DNA of 64,000 nucleotides from an uncultured Burkholderiales bacterium. GTDB lineage: Bacteria; Pseudomonadota; Gammaproteobacteria; Burkholderiales; JAEUOS01. Positions 34,801 to 43,142 of this stretch are shown here, piece by piece. Numbering within the stretch: position 1 is the stretch's first letter; each line of letters begins with the position of its first letter. The notes below the pieces were generated by a model. It was given only the letters and a program-made list of their open reading frames with translations. It searched no databases and was not told the DNA's origin. Where the stretch lies: contig CAYUEG010000001.1 of assembly GCA_964443245.1 (NCBI GenBank), positions 34,526 to 98,525 of the forward strand. Reading direction: 5' to 3'. The position numbers were made by a program, and so were the translations under genes.

Positions 34801-37750
34801 CCTCGCACAACAGCAGGCCGCGCGCATCGCTCTTGCCGGAGCACAGCGTGCCGAGATCTTTTTCTTCGGTCTTGTTGTCGTAGGTATAGAAACCACCGAC
34901 GGTGCGCTTGCGCGTCGATATCGTGGTCCTGAGCGCGCCTGTCACCTTGACCGGTGCACCGGCTTTCGGCTTGCCGGCCAGATCGAGCACCAGTACCTGA
35001 AGCCGCGCCACCTTCTTGACCTGTACCCAGCTCTCCGACTTGATGCCGGCGATCACGGCCGAGGGCCACAGGGCAGCCGTGCCGCGCAGGGTCTGCTCCT
35101 CGCCGTTTGGATCGCGGTAAGTCATCTCGGTGAGGAGTTCGCGCGGGCGGTCGGATTTGGGCAGATTCTTGGCGACAAACTTCGCCGTGCCATCCGGACC
35201 CAGCTTGAGCTGGTTTTTGTCGGCCACCAGCTTGTCGGCGTCCGGTGTCTGCGGCGCATCGGTCGCCGCGTCGACCTCGGTCATCCCCTCCGCCCTGTCG
35301 CCGGCCAGACCAAAAGTGAACTCCTCGTAATCGGGAAAGTTCACCTCGCGCCCGCGCACCACTGCCGTCACTTTGACCGGGTGGCCGGGAGCCGGGCCGC
35401 CGGAGAGATACGAGAGCGCCAGATTGAATGGCACTTCGCTGGCTTTGACCTGCGGCTCCTTGGGCGGTGTCACCGCCCCCTGCATGACCGGCAGGCGAAA
35501 CTCGGCAACCCGGAAACTGCCGGTCTGCAACGATTGCCCGCCACGCTGGCCGCGCGCGCTGCTGGTCAGCGTGACGCTGTATTCGCCAAGCTTGGCATCC
35601 GCCGGGATTTTCCAGGCATGCGCCGCAGAGCCGCGCCCACCAAAGCTGAGCGGCAACTGGTAGTCCGTACCACTGCCCAGATGGGAAATGGTCACGCCGG
35701 TCGGCAAGCTGTCTGCCGGCACCGGCGCAAAGCCGGTCAGCGTTTCCGAACGCACGAAATGCTTCATCGACACCGTTTCACCGGCACGGAACAGCGGGCG
35801 GTCAAACACCGTGTGGGCGGCGATGCTCGACTGCCCGTCGTAGCCCTGGCTGACATTGAAGCGCCACGGCTCGATGCCGTTTTGCCAGTCGGACTGGGTG
35901 AACGAAAGATCCTCGCCCTTGCGGGCCGAGACAAACCAGGCGGGCGAGCCGTCGTTGCACGCGGCTTCGCGCCGCAGCGAGCGCGTCACCATGGCGACGC
36001 CGTTCTGGTCGGTCTTGCCTGACCACGCTTCGTTGCCGGCGCAATCGGAAATGCGCAAACGCGCATCAGCGACCGGTTTGGCGGTATCAAGGGCTGTCAC
36101 CCACACGGCACTGACGTCGCGCCCCATCTTGATGTGCACGGCCATGTTGGTCACCAGGGCGCCGGCCCTCACGTACATGGGTTTGGGTTTGCCAAGCAGG
36201 GCTGCGCCTAGGCGCTCGCTTTCCAGTTCCACCACGTGGAAGCCCGGTTCCGGCAGGGGAATGCCGATCACTTCAAACGCCTTGCCGCCGGCCGGAGCCG
36301 GCAAGGTTGTACTTTTGACGCCAGTCTCGCGCGTCAACAGCGGGGCTTCGCGAAACTTGTATTCGTCATTCGATCCCTGACGCAGACGCCGCATCCACGC
36401 AATGATTTGCGTGTCTTCGGTGATGCGCACGCGCTGCATCGGTGCACCGGGCTTTGCCGGCTTGGCTCCTGCAGGCCCGACCGCCGGGCTGTCCCCCGCC
36501 TTGACGCTCACCGTCGACTGCTTGAGCTGGGGTTCGACATTGCGGATCGTCACCGGCAGCACCGGCTGCGCCCATTCGATGATGCCGAAGTTGGCAGCAA
36601 ACTTCGCCAGCGGTGCGCCCTCGCCGGTGCGACTCTTGAGCGGGAAGCTCGATGCATTGACTGGCACACGTCCGGTGTCGTCCGTAAACTTCGCCGGCAG
36701 CACAACGGTAATCTCCGAAGACTCCGGAAAAGGCGCATTGAAGGTCACACGCTCGACGCCGGCCTCGTTATCGTCCTGTGACCAGGCCGGCTTCTTGTCG
36801 CCAGCGGCCGTCTTGATGCGAATGCCGTCCGCCAAACTGCGTGACACCGTCCCGACGAACTGCAAGCTCATGGCCTGGTAAGGCGAGCAGGCCGCATTGG
36901 CGTTGTCACGTGCGCAGGTGAACGTGACCTTGAACTCGGGCCGCACCTTGAACTTGAGCGGCTGGTCAAGGCTGGTGGCCACGCGTTGTTTGGGGTCGGC
37001 CGCACTGGTTGTGATCCCTTTGCCCCACACCAGCGTCACATTGGCGCCAGCGGGCAGGCGCTGTTTGCATTTGAGCAGGAGATTCCTGTCGTCCGCAGCC
37101 TCCTTCTCGCGCTTGAGCGCCTTGAAGAACGCCTGCCGCTCGCGGCCACCGGTGATGGCGACCGGAATCCGCTCGCCCACGCCTTCCGCCACGCACCAGA
37201 CCTTTTCCAGAACACTGGCCTCATTGGCAGCCCCGTTCAGGCGCAGGATGAAGGTCTGGTCTTCATCAATCGAAGGATGTCCCGAGTACGGCTGGCTGGA
37301 CAGCACCGCCGGGCCGCCGGTCGAAAACGTGAACTGCGCGTTCCCGGTCATCGCACCACCGGACAATGAACGCACTTCGGGCTTGAGCTTGAAGCTGCAT
37401 TTGACGCCGGGCGGCAGGTCACGCGAGAAATCGAACACCCAGGCCCGGCCGTCGAGCCAGCGTCCCTGTCCGGTCTCGCTGCATTCGATGGCAAAAGGCA
37501 CCGGCGCCGAATTCTTCAACCCGGGATCACCGAACTTGACCATCTCTTCCGAAAAGCGCACTGCCACCTGGCGTACCGAGCGAATTTCGCCTTGCGGGGA
37601 GAAACGCTCAACGGTTGCCGCGTGCACTGCAGTGCCTGGCACGGCCAGGTTGGCGCACAGGGAAATACCAAGGAGAATAGCTCCCACCAACAGTTTCCCG
37701 TGCCCTCTATCCACCACTTGCATACCCGCATCATCATGCACTGCTGCCAT
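31892..37750 (-). CDS. Bacterial alpha-2-macroglobulin family protein (YfhM-like, ~1952 aa)
   Basis: Thioester motif in YPFICLEQKTS, very large beta-rich repeats, and pairing with pbpC. ATG at 37750 has GGAGG 5 nt upstream. The N-terminal hydrophobic segment LLVGAILLGISLCANLAV is a signal or lipoprotein-like sequence with an atypical lipobox. Confidence 0.85.
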   Translation of the reverse strand: MAAVHDDAGMQVVDRGHGKLLVGAILLGISLCANLAVPGTAVHAATVERFSPQGEIRSVRQVAVRFSEEMVKFGDPGLKNSAPVPFAIECSETGQGRWLDGRAWVFDFSRDLPPGVKCSFKLKPEVRSLSGGAMTGNAQFTFSTGGPAVLSSQPYSGHPSIDEDQTFILRLNGAANEASVLEKVWCVAEGVGERIPVAITGGRERQAFFKALKREKEAADDRNLLLKCKQRLPAGANVTLVWGKGITTSAADPKQRVATSLDQPLKFKVRPEFKVTFTCARDNANAACSPYQAMSLQFVGTVSRSLADGIRIKTAAGDKKPAWSQDDNEAGVERVTFNAPFPESSEITVVLPAKFTDDTGRVPVNASSFPLKSRTGEGAPLAKFAANFGIIEWAQPVLPVTIRNVEPQLKQSTVSVKAGDSPAVGPAGAKPAKPGAPMQRVRITEDTQIIAWMRRLRQGSNDEYKFREAPLLTRETGVKSTTLPAPAGGKAFEVIGIPLPEPGFHVVELESERLGAALLGKPKPMYVRAGALVTNMAVHIKMGRDVSAVWVTALDTAKPVADARLRISDCAGNEAWSGKTDQNGVAMVTRSLRREAACNDGSPAWFVSARKGEDLSFTQSDWQNGIEPWRFNVSQGYDGQSSIAAHTVFDRPLFRAGETVSMKHFVRSETLTGFAPVPADSLPTGVTISHLGSGTDYQLPLSFGGRGSAAHAWKIPADAKLGEYSVTLTSSARGQRGGQSLQTGSFRVAEFRLPVMQGAVTPPKEPQVKASEVPFNLALSYLSGGPAPGHPVKVTAVVRGREVNFPDYEEFTFGLAGDRAEGMTEVDAATDAPQTPDADKLVADKNQLKLGPDGTAKFVAKNLPKSDRPRELLTEMTYRDPNGEEQTLRGTAALWPSAVIAGIKSESWVQVKKVARLQVLVLDLAGKPKAGAPVKVTGALRTTISTRKRTVGGFYTYDNKTEEKDLGTLCSGKSDARGLLLCEATLAESGNVTLTAQAEDAGGNLSRASTSIWVSGSEWWFGGENADRMDVLPEKKRYAPGDTAKFQVRMPFRSATAWVAIEREGVIETLVVPVSGKDPVISVPIKAGYAPNAFISVLAVRGRVRDVPWYSFLQWGWRSPLDWWNERKDWSDLYNKGQPTALVDLAKPAFKFGIAEVQVGTAAYELKVSVAADKPVYQTRETVKVKVSVKGPDGKPAPKGTEVALAAVDQALLELMPNGSWNILEAMVKRRSYFVDTATAQMQVIGRRHFGKKAVAPGGGGGRAPTRELFDTLLVWKPDVRLDEKGEALIDVPLNDALTSFRIVAVADGEPGLFGTGDVTVRATKDLQLLPGLPPLVREGDQFRAGVTVRNTTTRPMRVMVNAKVEGLDAAPPAQEVSVPAGAAQEVFWPVTVPANATGLAWTIEAIEKASGKPARDAMKAAQKVVPAVPVTVQQATLLQLDKLFALQVAAPTDAIKDGDVLRGGLRVALQPKLSGSLDGVRRYFEQYPFICLEQKTSKSIGLRDKALWEPVANAMPNYLDDDGLAAYFPGGRGSDTLTAYLLAVTHEAGFAIPDNARQRMEGALVAFVEGRIQRNFWSPTKDLDARKLAAIEALSRTGKATPKLTESLTIQPNLWPTHAVIDWLQILQRVPGIPKRDDHMANAEQILRARLSMQGTKLVFSTERDDYWWWLMVGGDVNAARLIAAVVDRPSWRDDMPRLVSGLVMRQQKGAWATTTANLWGSLALDKFAAKFESERVAGTTRAVTEEKGEARANQSLAWASQPAGGLLNLPWPRANNTAEGSLKVTHEGAGKPWLTIQSLAAIPLKAPFAAGYRINKSVSFVEQKTKGAFTRGDVLRVKLEVDSSADMTWVVVADPIPAGATILGAGFARDSAVAQQGERKAGDAWPAYEERSFEAFRSYYEYAPKGKWMVEYTMRLNQDGEFSLPPTRVEAMYAPEMFGVTPNARMKVLP

Positions 37751-37908
37751 GCCACCCTCCAGAAAGCCCTTCTTGCCGCGTGGTGCACATCGTGGCACAG
37801 GAAAGGCAGCCAGTACAGATTGGCCATGATGATCAATTCTGGCAACAATCGGGCAAGTGCCCTAGCTCGGCGATCAACTACGCCTCTTGTCGCTGCTAAA
37901 CTGGCAAC

Positions 37909-38490
37909 ATGATTGGCCGCCTCACCGGAACCCTCCTGGAGAAGAACCCGCCGCATGTGCTGGTTGATTGTGCCGGCGTCGGTTACGAGGTTGATGTGCC
38001 CATGTCCACACTCTACGGTTTGCCGGAAGCTGGCGCCAAAGTGATGCTGTTCACGCAGCTGATCGTGCGCGAGGATGCGCACCTGCTGTACGGCTTTGGC
38101 ACCACGCAGGAACGCGAAGCCTTCCGCCAGCTGACCAAGATTTCCGGCGTCGGCCCGCGTACGGCGCTGGCGGTGCTTTCGGGCATGTCAGTCGCGGAAC
38201 TCGCCCAAGCCATCACCATGCAGGAAGCCGGGCGCCTCACCAAGGTGCCAGGCATCGGCAAGAAAACCGCCGAGCGGCTTCTTCTGGAACTCAAAGGCAA
38301 GCTGGGCGCCGACCTGTCCAGCGTGATCGACGTGAACCGGCCCGCCCCGGCGGGCAACGATGTTCTCAATGCCCTGCTGGCGTTGGGCTACAGCGACAAG
38401 GAAGCCCTGCTGGCGATCAAGCAGATGCCGGAGGGGTTGTCTGTGTCCGAAGGCATTCGGCACGCGCTCAAATCCCTCTCGAAAGCATGA
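37909..38490 (+). CDS. ruvA: Holliday junction DNA helicase RuvA
   Basis: [28 protein letters not shown]...[14 protein letters not shown]. Confidence 0.95.
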   Translation: MIGRLTGTLLEKNPPHVLVDCAGVGYEVDVPMSTLYGLPEAGAKVMLFTQLIVREDAHLLYGFGTTQEREAFRQLTKISGVGPRTALAVLSGMSVAELAQAITMQEAGRLTKVPGIGKKTAERLLLELKGKLGADLSSVIDVNRPAPAGNDVLNALLALGYSDKEALLAIKQMPEGLSVSEGIRHALKSLSKA

Positions 38491-38526
38491 GCGCCGGGCT
38501 CGCCCTTTGCGTAGCAGTCTTCCGCC

Positions 38527-39588
38527 ATGGCCATTGAACCCGACCGTCTCTCCACCGTGCCGGGCCCGGAGCGCGTGATTTCGGCCGCACCGGTATCGAA
38601 ACAGGAAGAAGCGTTCGAGCGTGCCTTGCGCCCCAAGGTGCTGGACGAGTACGTGGGCCAGGAGAAAGTCCGGGAGAAGCTCTCCATCTTCATTTCGGCT
38701 GCCCGCAAACGCCAGGAAGCGCTCGACCATGTGCTGCTGTTCGGCCCGCCCGGGCTGGGCAAGACAACCCTCGCGCACATCATTGCGCACGAAATGGGCG
38801 TCAACCTGCGGCAAACCTCAGGCCCGGTGCTGGAGCGTGCGGGCGACCTCGCTGCCCTCCTGACCAATCTGGAAGCCAACGACGTCCTGTTCATTGACGA
38901 GATCCACCGGCTCTCGCCGGTCGTCGAAGAGATCCTCTACCCGGCGCTGGAGGATTTCAAGATCGACATCATGATCGGCGAGGGGCCGGCGGCGCGCTCG
39001 GTCAAGCTGGATCTGCAACCGTTTACCCTGATCGGCGCGACCACCCGGGCCGGCATGCTGACCAACCCCCTGCGCGACCGCTTTGGCATCGTCGAGCGTC
39101 TGGAGTTTTACAGCCCCGAAGAGTTGTCGCGCATCGTCAAACGCTCTGCCAGCTTGCTCAATGTCGAAGCGGAAGCTTCCGGCACACTTGAAATCGCACG
39201 TCGTTCCCGCGGTACCCCGCGCATCGCCAATCGCCTGCTCCGGCGGGTACGCGATTACACCGAGGTCAAGGCGGACGGCAAGGTGAGCCGTGAAACCGCT
39301 GATCTGGCCTTGAAGATGCTCGACGTCGACGCGATCGGGCTGGACATGATGGACCGCAAACTCCTGATGGCGATCATCGACAAGTTTTCCGGTGGGCCGG
39401 TCGGATTGGATAACGTGGCTGCTGCGATCGGCGAAGAGGCGGATACCATTGAGGACGTCCTCGAGCCGTATCTGATCCAGCAAGGCTACCTGCAGCGCAC
39501 GCCACGAGGCCGGATGGCCACCACCCTCGCCTACCGCCATTTCGGCATCACTGCACCGGCCGCCACCCCGAATCAGGACTTGTTCTGA
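38527..39588 (+). CDS. ruvB: Holliday junction DNA helicase RuvB
   Basis: [15 protein letters not shown]...[11 protein letters not shown]...DEIHRL. Confidence 0.95.
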   Translation: MAIEPDRLSTVPGPERVISAAPVSKQEEAFERALRPKVLDEYVGQEKVREKLSIFISAARKRQEALDHVLLFGPPGLGKTTLAHIIAHEMGVNLRQTSGPVLERAGDLAALLTNLEANDVLFIDEIHRLSPVVEEILYPALEDFKIDIMIGEGPAARSVKLDLQPFTLIGATTRAGMLTNPLRDRFGIVERLEFYSPEELSRIVKRSASLLNVEAEASGTLEIARRSRGTPRIANRLLRRVRDYTEVKADGKVSRETADLALKMLDVDAIGLDMMDRKLLMAIIDKFSGGPVGLDNVAAAIGEEADTIEDVLEPYLIQQGYLQRTPRGRMATTLAYRHFGITAPAATPNQDLF

Positions 39589-40772
39589 TGACCGGAGAGG
39601 GAGGCAGCTTCGAGCAGCCCGCCTTTGAGCAACCCTCTGCCGCTGCGCTGGCCGAACAGCGCTTCGCCCGGCAACTCTGGGCCGCCACGCCACGCACGCC
39701 GGTCACGTACTCCCTGGTCGCCATCAACATTGCCGTGTTCGTGGCCACGCTGATCTCCGGCGCCAGCCTGATGGGGGGAGGTTCCAGCGAGGTATTGCTC
39801 AAATGGGGCGCCAACTTCGGCCCCCTCACCAAAGATGGCGAATGGTGGCGCCTGGGCGCCGCGATGTTTCTGCACCTGGGCGTGTTTCATGTCGCACTCA
39901 ACATGTGGGCGCTGTGGGATGGCGGGCAGCTGACGGAGCGGCTGTACGGCAGCCTGCACTTCACCTGGCTGTACCTCGCTGCCGGCCTCGCGGGATCACT
40001 TGCCAGCCTGGCATGGCACGGCGACGACACCCTGAGCGTGGGCGCATCGGGAGCCGTATTCGGCGTCTATGGTGCGCTGCTGGCCTACGCGCTGCGCTTC
40101 AAGGGAGAACTGCCGGCGCGCACGCTCAAGGCCCTGGCCGTCAATGCCGGCATCATGATCGTGGTGAGCGTCGGCTATGGCTTTGCCAAATCAGGTATCG
40201 ACAATGCGGCCCACATGGGTGGCCTGGTAACTGGCTTGGTGGTCGGTCTGGCCAGCGCCCGGCCGCTGGAAGCCCAGCGCCGGAGCGCCGCGTGGTGGAG
40301 CCTGCCGCTCGGCTGCGTGGCTGCCGGACTCCTTGTCGGCGGATTGTTCTCGCAAGTCGGGCCCCCGCTCTACTCATACCGGCAGCAGGTTGAAGCGGAG
40401 GCTGCGCTGAAGCGCTTTTCCGCCAGTGAAGCTGCGCTCGTCAAGCAGGTCAACGACATTTTGAGTCAAACCCGTTCCACCACCAATGCCGAGGTGGCGC
40501 GCAGACTGAGGCTCGAAGCCTTGCCACGCTGGCAGGCCGCGGAAGCGGAGTTGGCCCAGCTGCGCCTGTCACCCAAAGCGCCTGCCGCAGTATCGCTGGA
40601 CTTGATGCAGCGCTACACCCGGGAGCGCCGGGCCTGGATCGAGGCAGTGGCCCGATACAGCGAAACCGGCGCTGCGGATGCGAAGGCCAGCATAGATCGC
40701 CTCAATCGCGAACTTGCCCAGACCCACGAGGATATTCGCCTGCTTGGTCAGGCCATCGCCAGAGGGAAGTAG
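39588..40772 (+). CDS. Rhomboid-family intramembrane serine protease with a helical C-terminal extension
   Basis: WWRLGAAMFLHLGVFHVALNM, catalytic GASGAVFG and AAHMGG. A ~130-aa helical tail. The start overlaps the ruvB stop (TGATG). Confidence 0.8.
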   Translation: MTGEGGSFEQPAFEQPSAAALAEQRFARQLWAATPRTPVTYSLVAINIAVFVATLISGASLMGGGSSEVLLKWGANFGPLTKDGEWWRLGAAMFLHLGVFHVALNMWALWDGGQLTERLYGSLHFTWLYLAAGLAGSLASLAWHGDDTLSVGASGAVFGVYGALLAYALRFKGELPARTLKALAVNAGIMIVVSVGYGFAKSGIDNAAHMGGLVTGLVVGLASARPLEAQRRSAAWWSLPLGCVAAGLLVGGLFSQVGPPLYSYRQQVEAEAALKRFSASEAALVKQVNDILSQTRSTTNAEVARRLRLEALPRWQAAEAELAQLRLSPKAPAAVSLDLMQRYTRERRAWIEAVARYSETGAADAKASIDRLNRELAQTHEDIRLLGQAIARGK

Positions 40773-40827
40773 GCGCGGTTGCAAGAGTGCGGTCGGATAA
40801 AATACGCGTTGCCGCACGGAGTACACG

Positions 40828-41274
40828 ATCATTCACAGCAAGCCCGAACCTGCCGTCTCCAGGCCTGCACCGCCAGGCCCGGCCTTCTCATGGCCGTGCC
40901 GCATCTACTATGAGGACACCGACATGTCCGGGGTTGTCTACCATGCGGGCTACCTGAGATTCTTCGAACGGGCGCGAACCGAATGGTTGCGCGCCATGGG
41001 CGGACAACAGGCAGCACTCAAGGACGAACTGGGCATCGTGTTTGCCGTGCGCCACATGAAGATCGATTTTGTCAAACCGGCACGGATTGATGATTTGATT
41101 GACGTGACGGTTGCGGTCGCCAATGCCGGGCGCGTGTCGTTTACACTTGACCAGTCTGCGTTGCGCGGCGGTGAATTAATCGCCGCCGCCAGCGTCAAGG
41201 TGGCTTGCCTCAACGCTGCGACCTTCACGCCCGTCCCCATTCCCGGACTTCTCCTCGAAAACATCCACGCATGA
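40828..41274 (+). CDS. ybgC: Tol-Pal-associated acyl-CoA thioesterase YbgC (start codon unresolved)
   Basis: FSWPCRIYYEDTDMSGVVYHAGYLRFFERARTEWLR matches the YbgC/4HBT N-terminus. The frame is open from 40801 but has no ATG, GTG or TTG before the YYEDTD motif. GGAG at 40818-40821 precedes ATC 40828 and ATT 40831. The first ATG (40924) would delete the catalytic Asp region. Confidence 0.7.
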   Translation: MIHSKPEPAVSRPAPPGPAFSWPCRIYYEDTDMSGVVYHAGYLRFFERARTEWLRAMGGQQAALKDELGIVFAVRHMKIDFVKPARIDDLIDVTVAVANAGRVSFTLDQSALRGGELIAAASVKVACLNAATFTPVPIPGLLLENIHA

Positions 41275-41948
41275 CCGTTACCCAAGACCTCTCGATCCTG
41301 TCGCTGATCACCAACGCCAGCGTACCGGTTCAGGCCGTCATGACACTGCTGCTGGTGGTGTCCCTGATGAGCTGGACCTACATCTTCAGGAAATGGTTCG
41401 TGCTCAAGAAAGCGGCACAGCAGACCGAGCAGTTTGAGCGGGACTTCTGGTCCGGCAATGATTTGAATGCGCTCTATCAGTCTGCGGCCAACGATCGCCA
41501 CGGCGCCGGCAGCCTGGAACGCATTTTCGAGGCTGGCATGCGCGAGTTCATGAAGCTCAAGGCATCGCAACGTGCCGACGCTGCCGTGCAACTGGAAGGG
41601 GCACGCCGCGCCATGCGGGCCGCTTACCAGCGCGAAATGGACTTCCTGGAATCCCATCTGGCGTTTCTCGCCTCGGCCGGATCGGTATCGCCCTACGTCG
41701 GCCTGTTCGGTACCGTGTGGGGCATCATGAATTCATTCCGTGGCCTGGCCAATGTGCAACAAGCCACGCTCGCCAGCGTAGCGCCCGGCATCGCCGAGGC
41801 GCTGGTGGCAACCGCGATTGGCCTGTTCGCCGCCATCCCGGCCGTCGTCGCCTACAACCGCTACTCGCACGACATTGACCGCCTCGCCAATCGCTTCGAG
41901 AGTTTCATCGAGGAATTCTCGAACATCCTGCAAAGGCAGACGCGCTAA
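41271..41948 (+). CDS. tolQ: Tol-Pal system protein TolQ
   Basis: MotA/TolQ/ExbB family: SVSPYVGLFGTVWGIM...GIAEALVATAIGL. ATGA overlap with ybgC. Confidence 0.9.
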   Translation: MTVTQDLSILSLITNASVPVQAVMTLLLVVSLMSWTYIFRKWFVLKKAAQQTEQFERDFWSGNDLNALYQSAANDRHGAGSLERIFEAGMREFMKLKASQRADAAVQLEGARRAMRAAYQREMDFLESHLAFLASAGSVSPYVGLFGTVWGIMNSFRGLANVQQATLASVAPGIAEALVATAIGLFAAIPAVVAYNRYSHDIDRLANRFESFIEEFSNILQRQTR

Positions 41949-41950
41949 CC

Positions 41951-42385
41951 ATGGCCGGTACCATGTCCCGTCGCGGCAGCCGTCGCCGCATGATGAACGA
42001 GATCAACGTCGTGCCTTACATCGATGTGATGCTGGTGCTGCTGGTGATCTTCATGGTGACGGCACCGCTCGTCACACCGGGGCAAATCGAGTTGCCGTCG
42101 GTGGCCAAGTCATCCAACGCGCCGACCCAGCCAGTCGAAGTGATCATCAACGCAGATGGCGAATTGCGTCTGCGCGAGCGTGGCGCCGCCCAGCTCGACA
42201 AGCCAGCCGATCGTGCAGAGATTGTCCGCTACGCACGTGCGCGCCAGACCGAAAAGCCCGACATTCCGATCGTGATATCGGCGGATCGCAATGTCAAGTA
42301 CGAAGCCGTGCTGGGCGTGATGGACGAACTGCAAAAGGCCGACGTCAAGCGCATCGGCCTTTCCGTCAAGCCCGCCACAAAGTAG
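41951..42385 (+). CDS. tolR: Tol-Pal system protein TolR
   Basis: ExbD/TolR: MNEINVVPYIDVMLVLLVIFMVTAP. Confidence 0.9.
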   Translation: MAGTMSRRGSRRRMMNEINVVPYIDVMLVLLVIFMVTAPLVTPGQIELPSVAKSSNAPTQPVEVIINADGELRLRERGAAQLDKPADRAEIVRYARARQTEKPDIPIVISADRNVKYEAVLGVMDELQKADVKRIGLSVKPATK

Positions 42386-42403
42386 TGTTTACATAGTATT
42401 TGC

Positions 42404-43141
42404 ATGACTGCCAGCGCTCTCCACCTGCCATACGCCCCTGGCGCCCAGGGTGCGGGCACGCTGCGCTCCTTTGCGTTGGCGCTGGCGGTGCACTGTGCGC
42501 TGTTCGCTTTTCTGTACTTCGGGGTACGCTGGCAAAGCCAGCCGCCGGAGAGCATTGCGGCCGAGCTCTGGGTGCCTGCACAAGTGGCGCCGGCACCCCG
42601 CATCGAAGCACCGAAAGTAGAGCCCGCCCCGGAGCCCAAACCGGTGCCGGTAGTCAAGGAGGAGCCCAAGGAAATCCCGAAGCCGGCGGCCAAGCCTGAC
42701 ATTGCCATCAAGGAGGAGAAAAAGAAACCCGAGCCCAAGAAGGAGGCCGTGCCCGCTGCGCCGGACCCGATCAAGGAAGCCCTGCAGCGCGAAGAGCTTC
42801 AGCGCAAGGCGCAACAGGACAGCCTGGCGCAAGCTGCGGCACGCGAGGCCTCTGCAGCCGCGGCCAAGTCGCGGCGCGACTGGGAAGCGCAGATTGCGGC
42901 CAAAGTTCGCTCGCGCGTTCGCCTACCCGATAATCTGACCGGCAATCCGGAGGCAGTATTCGAGGTGACGCTTCTCCCCAACATGGAGGTGTTGACCGTC
43001 AAGTTGGTGAGGCCCAGTGGCGTGCCGGCTTACGATGAAGCGGCCGAGCGCGCGATCAACGCAGCGTCGCCCTTTCCGCCCCCCCCTGCCGGCGTCGAGC
43101 CCGGACGTGTCCTGCGCCTGCCATTCCGTCCAAAGACTTAA
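42404..43141 (+). CDS. tolA: Tol-Pal system protein TolA
   Basis: N-terminal TM helix, a Lys/Glu/Pro/Ala-rich spacer and a TonB/TolA-like C-terminal domain, in the expected position within tolQRAB. Confidence 0.8.
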   Translation: MTASALHLPYAPGAQGAGTLRSFALALAVHCALFAFLYFGVRWQSQPPESIAAELWVPAQVAPAPRIEAPKVEPAPEPKPVPVVKEEPKEIPKPAAKPDIAIKEEKKKPEPKKEAVPAAPDPIKEALQREELQRKAQQDSLAQAAAREASAAAAKSRRDWEAQIAAKVRSRVRLPDNLTGNPEAVFEVTLLPNMEVLTVKLVRPSGVPAYDEAAERAINAASPFPPPPAGVEPGRVLRLPFRPKT

Positions 43142-43142
43142 A

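Noticed and set aside
33266-36022. 918-aa ORF on the + strand inside the alpha-2-macroglobulin gene
   Set aside because: It is entirely antisense to a gene with clear family motifs. The translation is Arg/Gly/His/Ala-rich low complexity with no recognisable domain and no SD. This is a typical high-GC antisense open frame.
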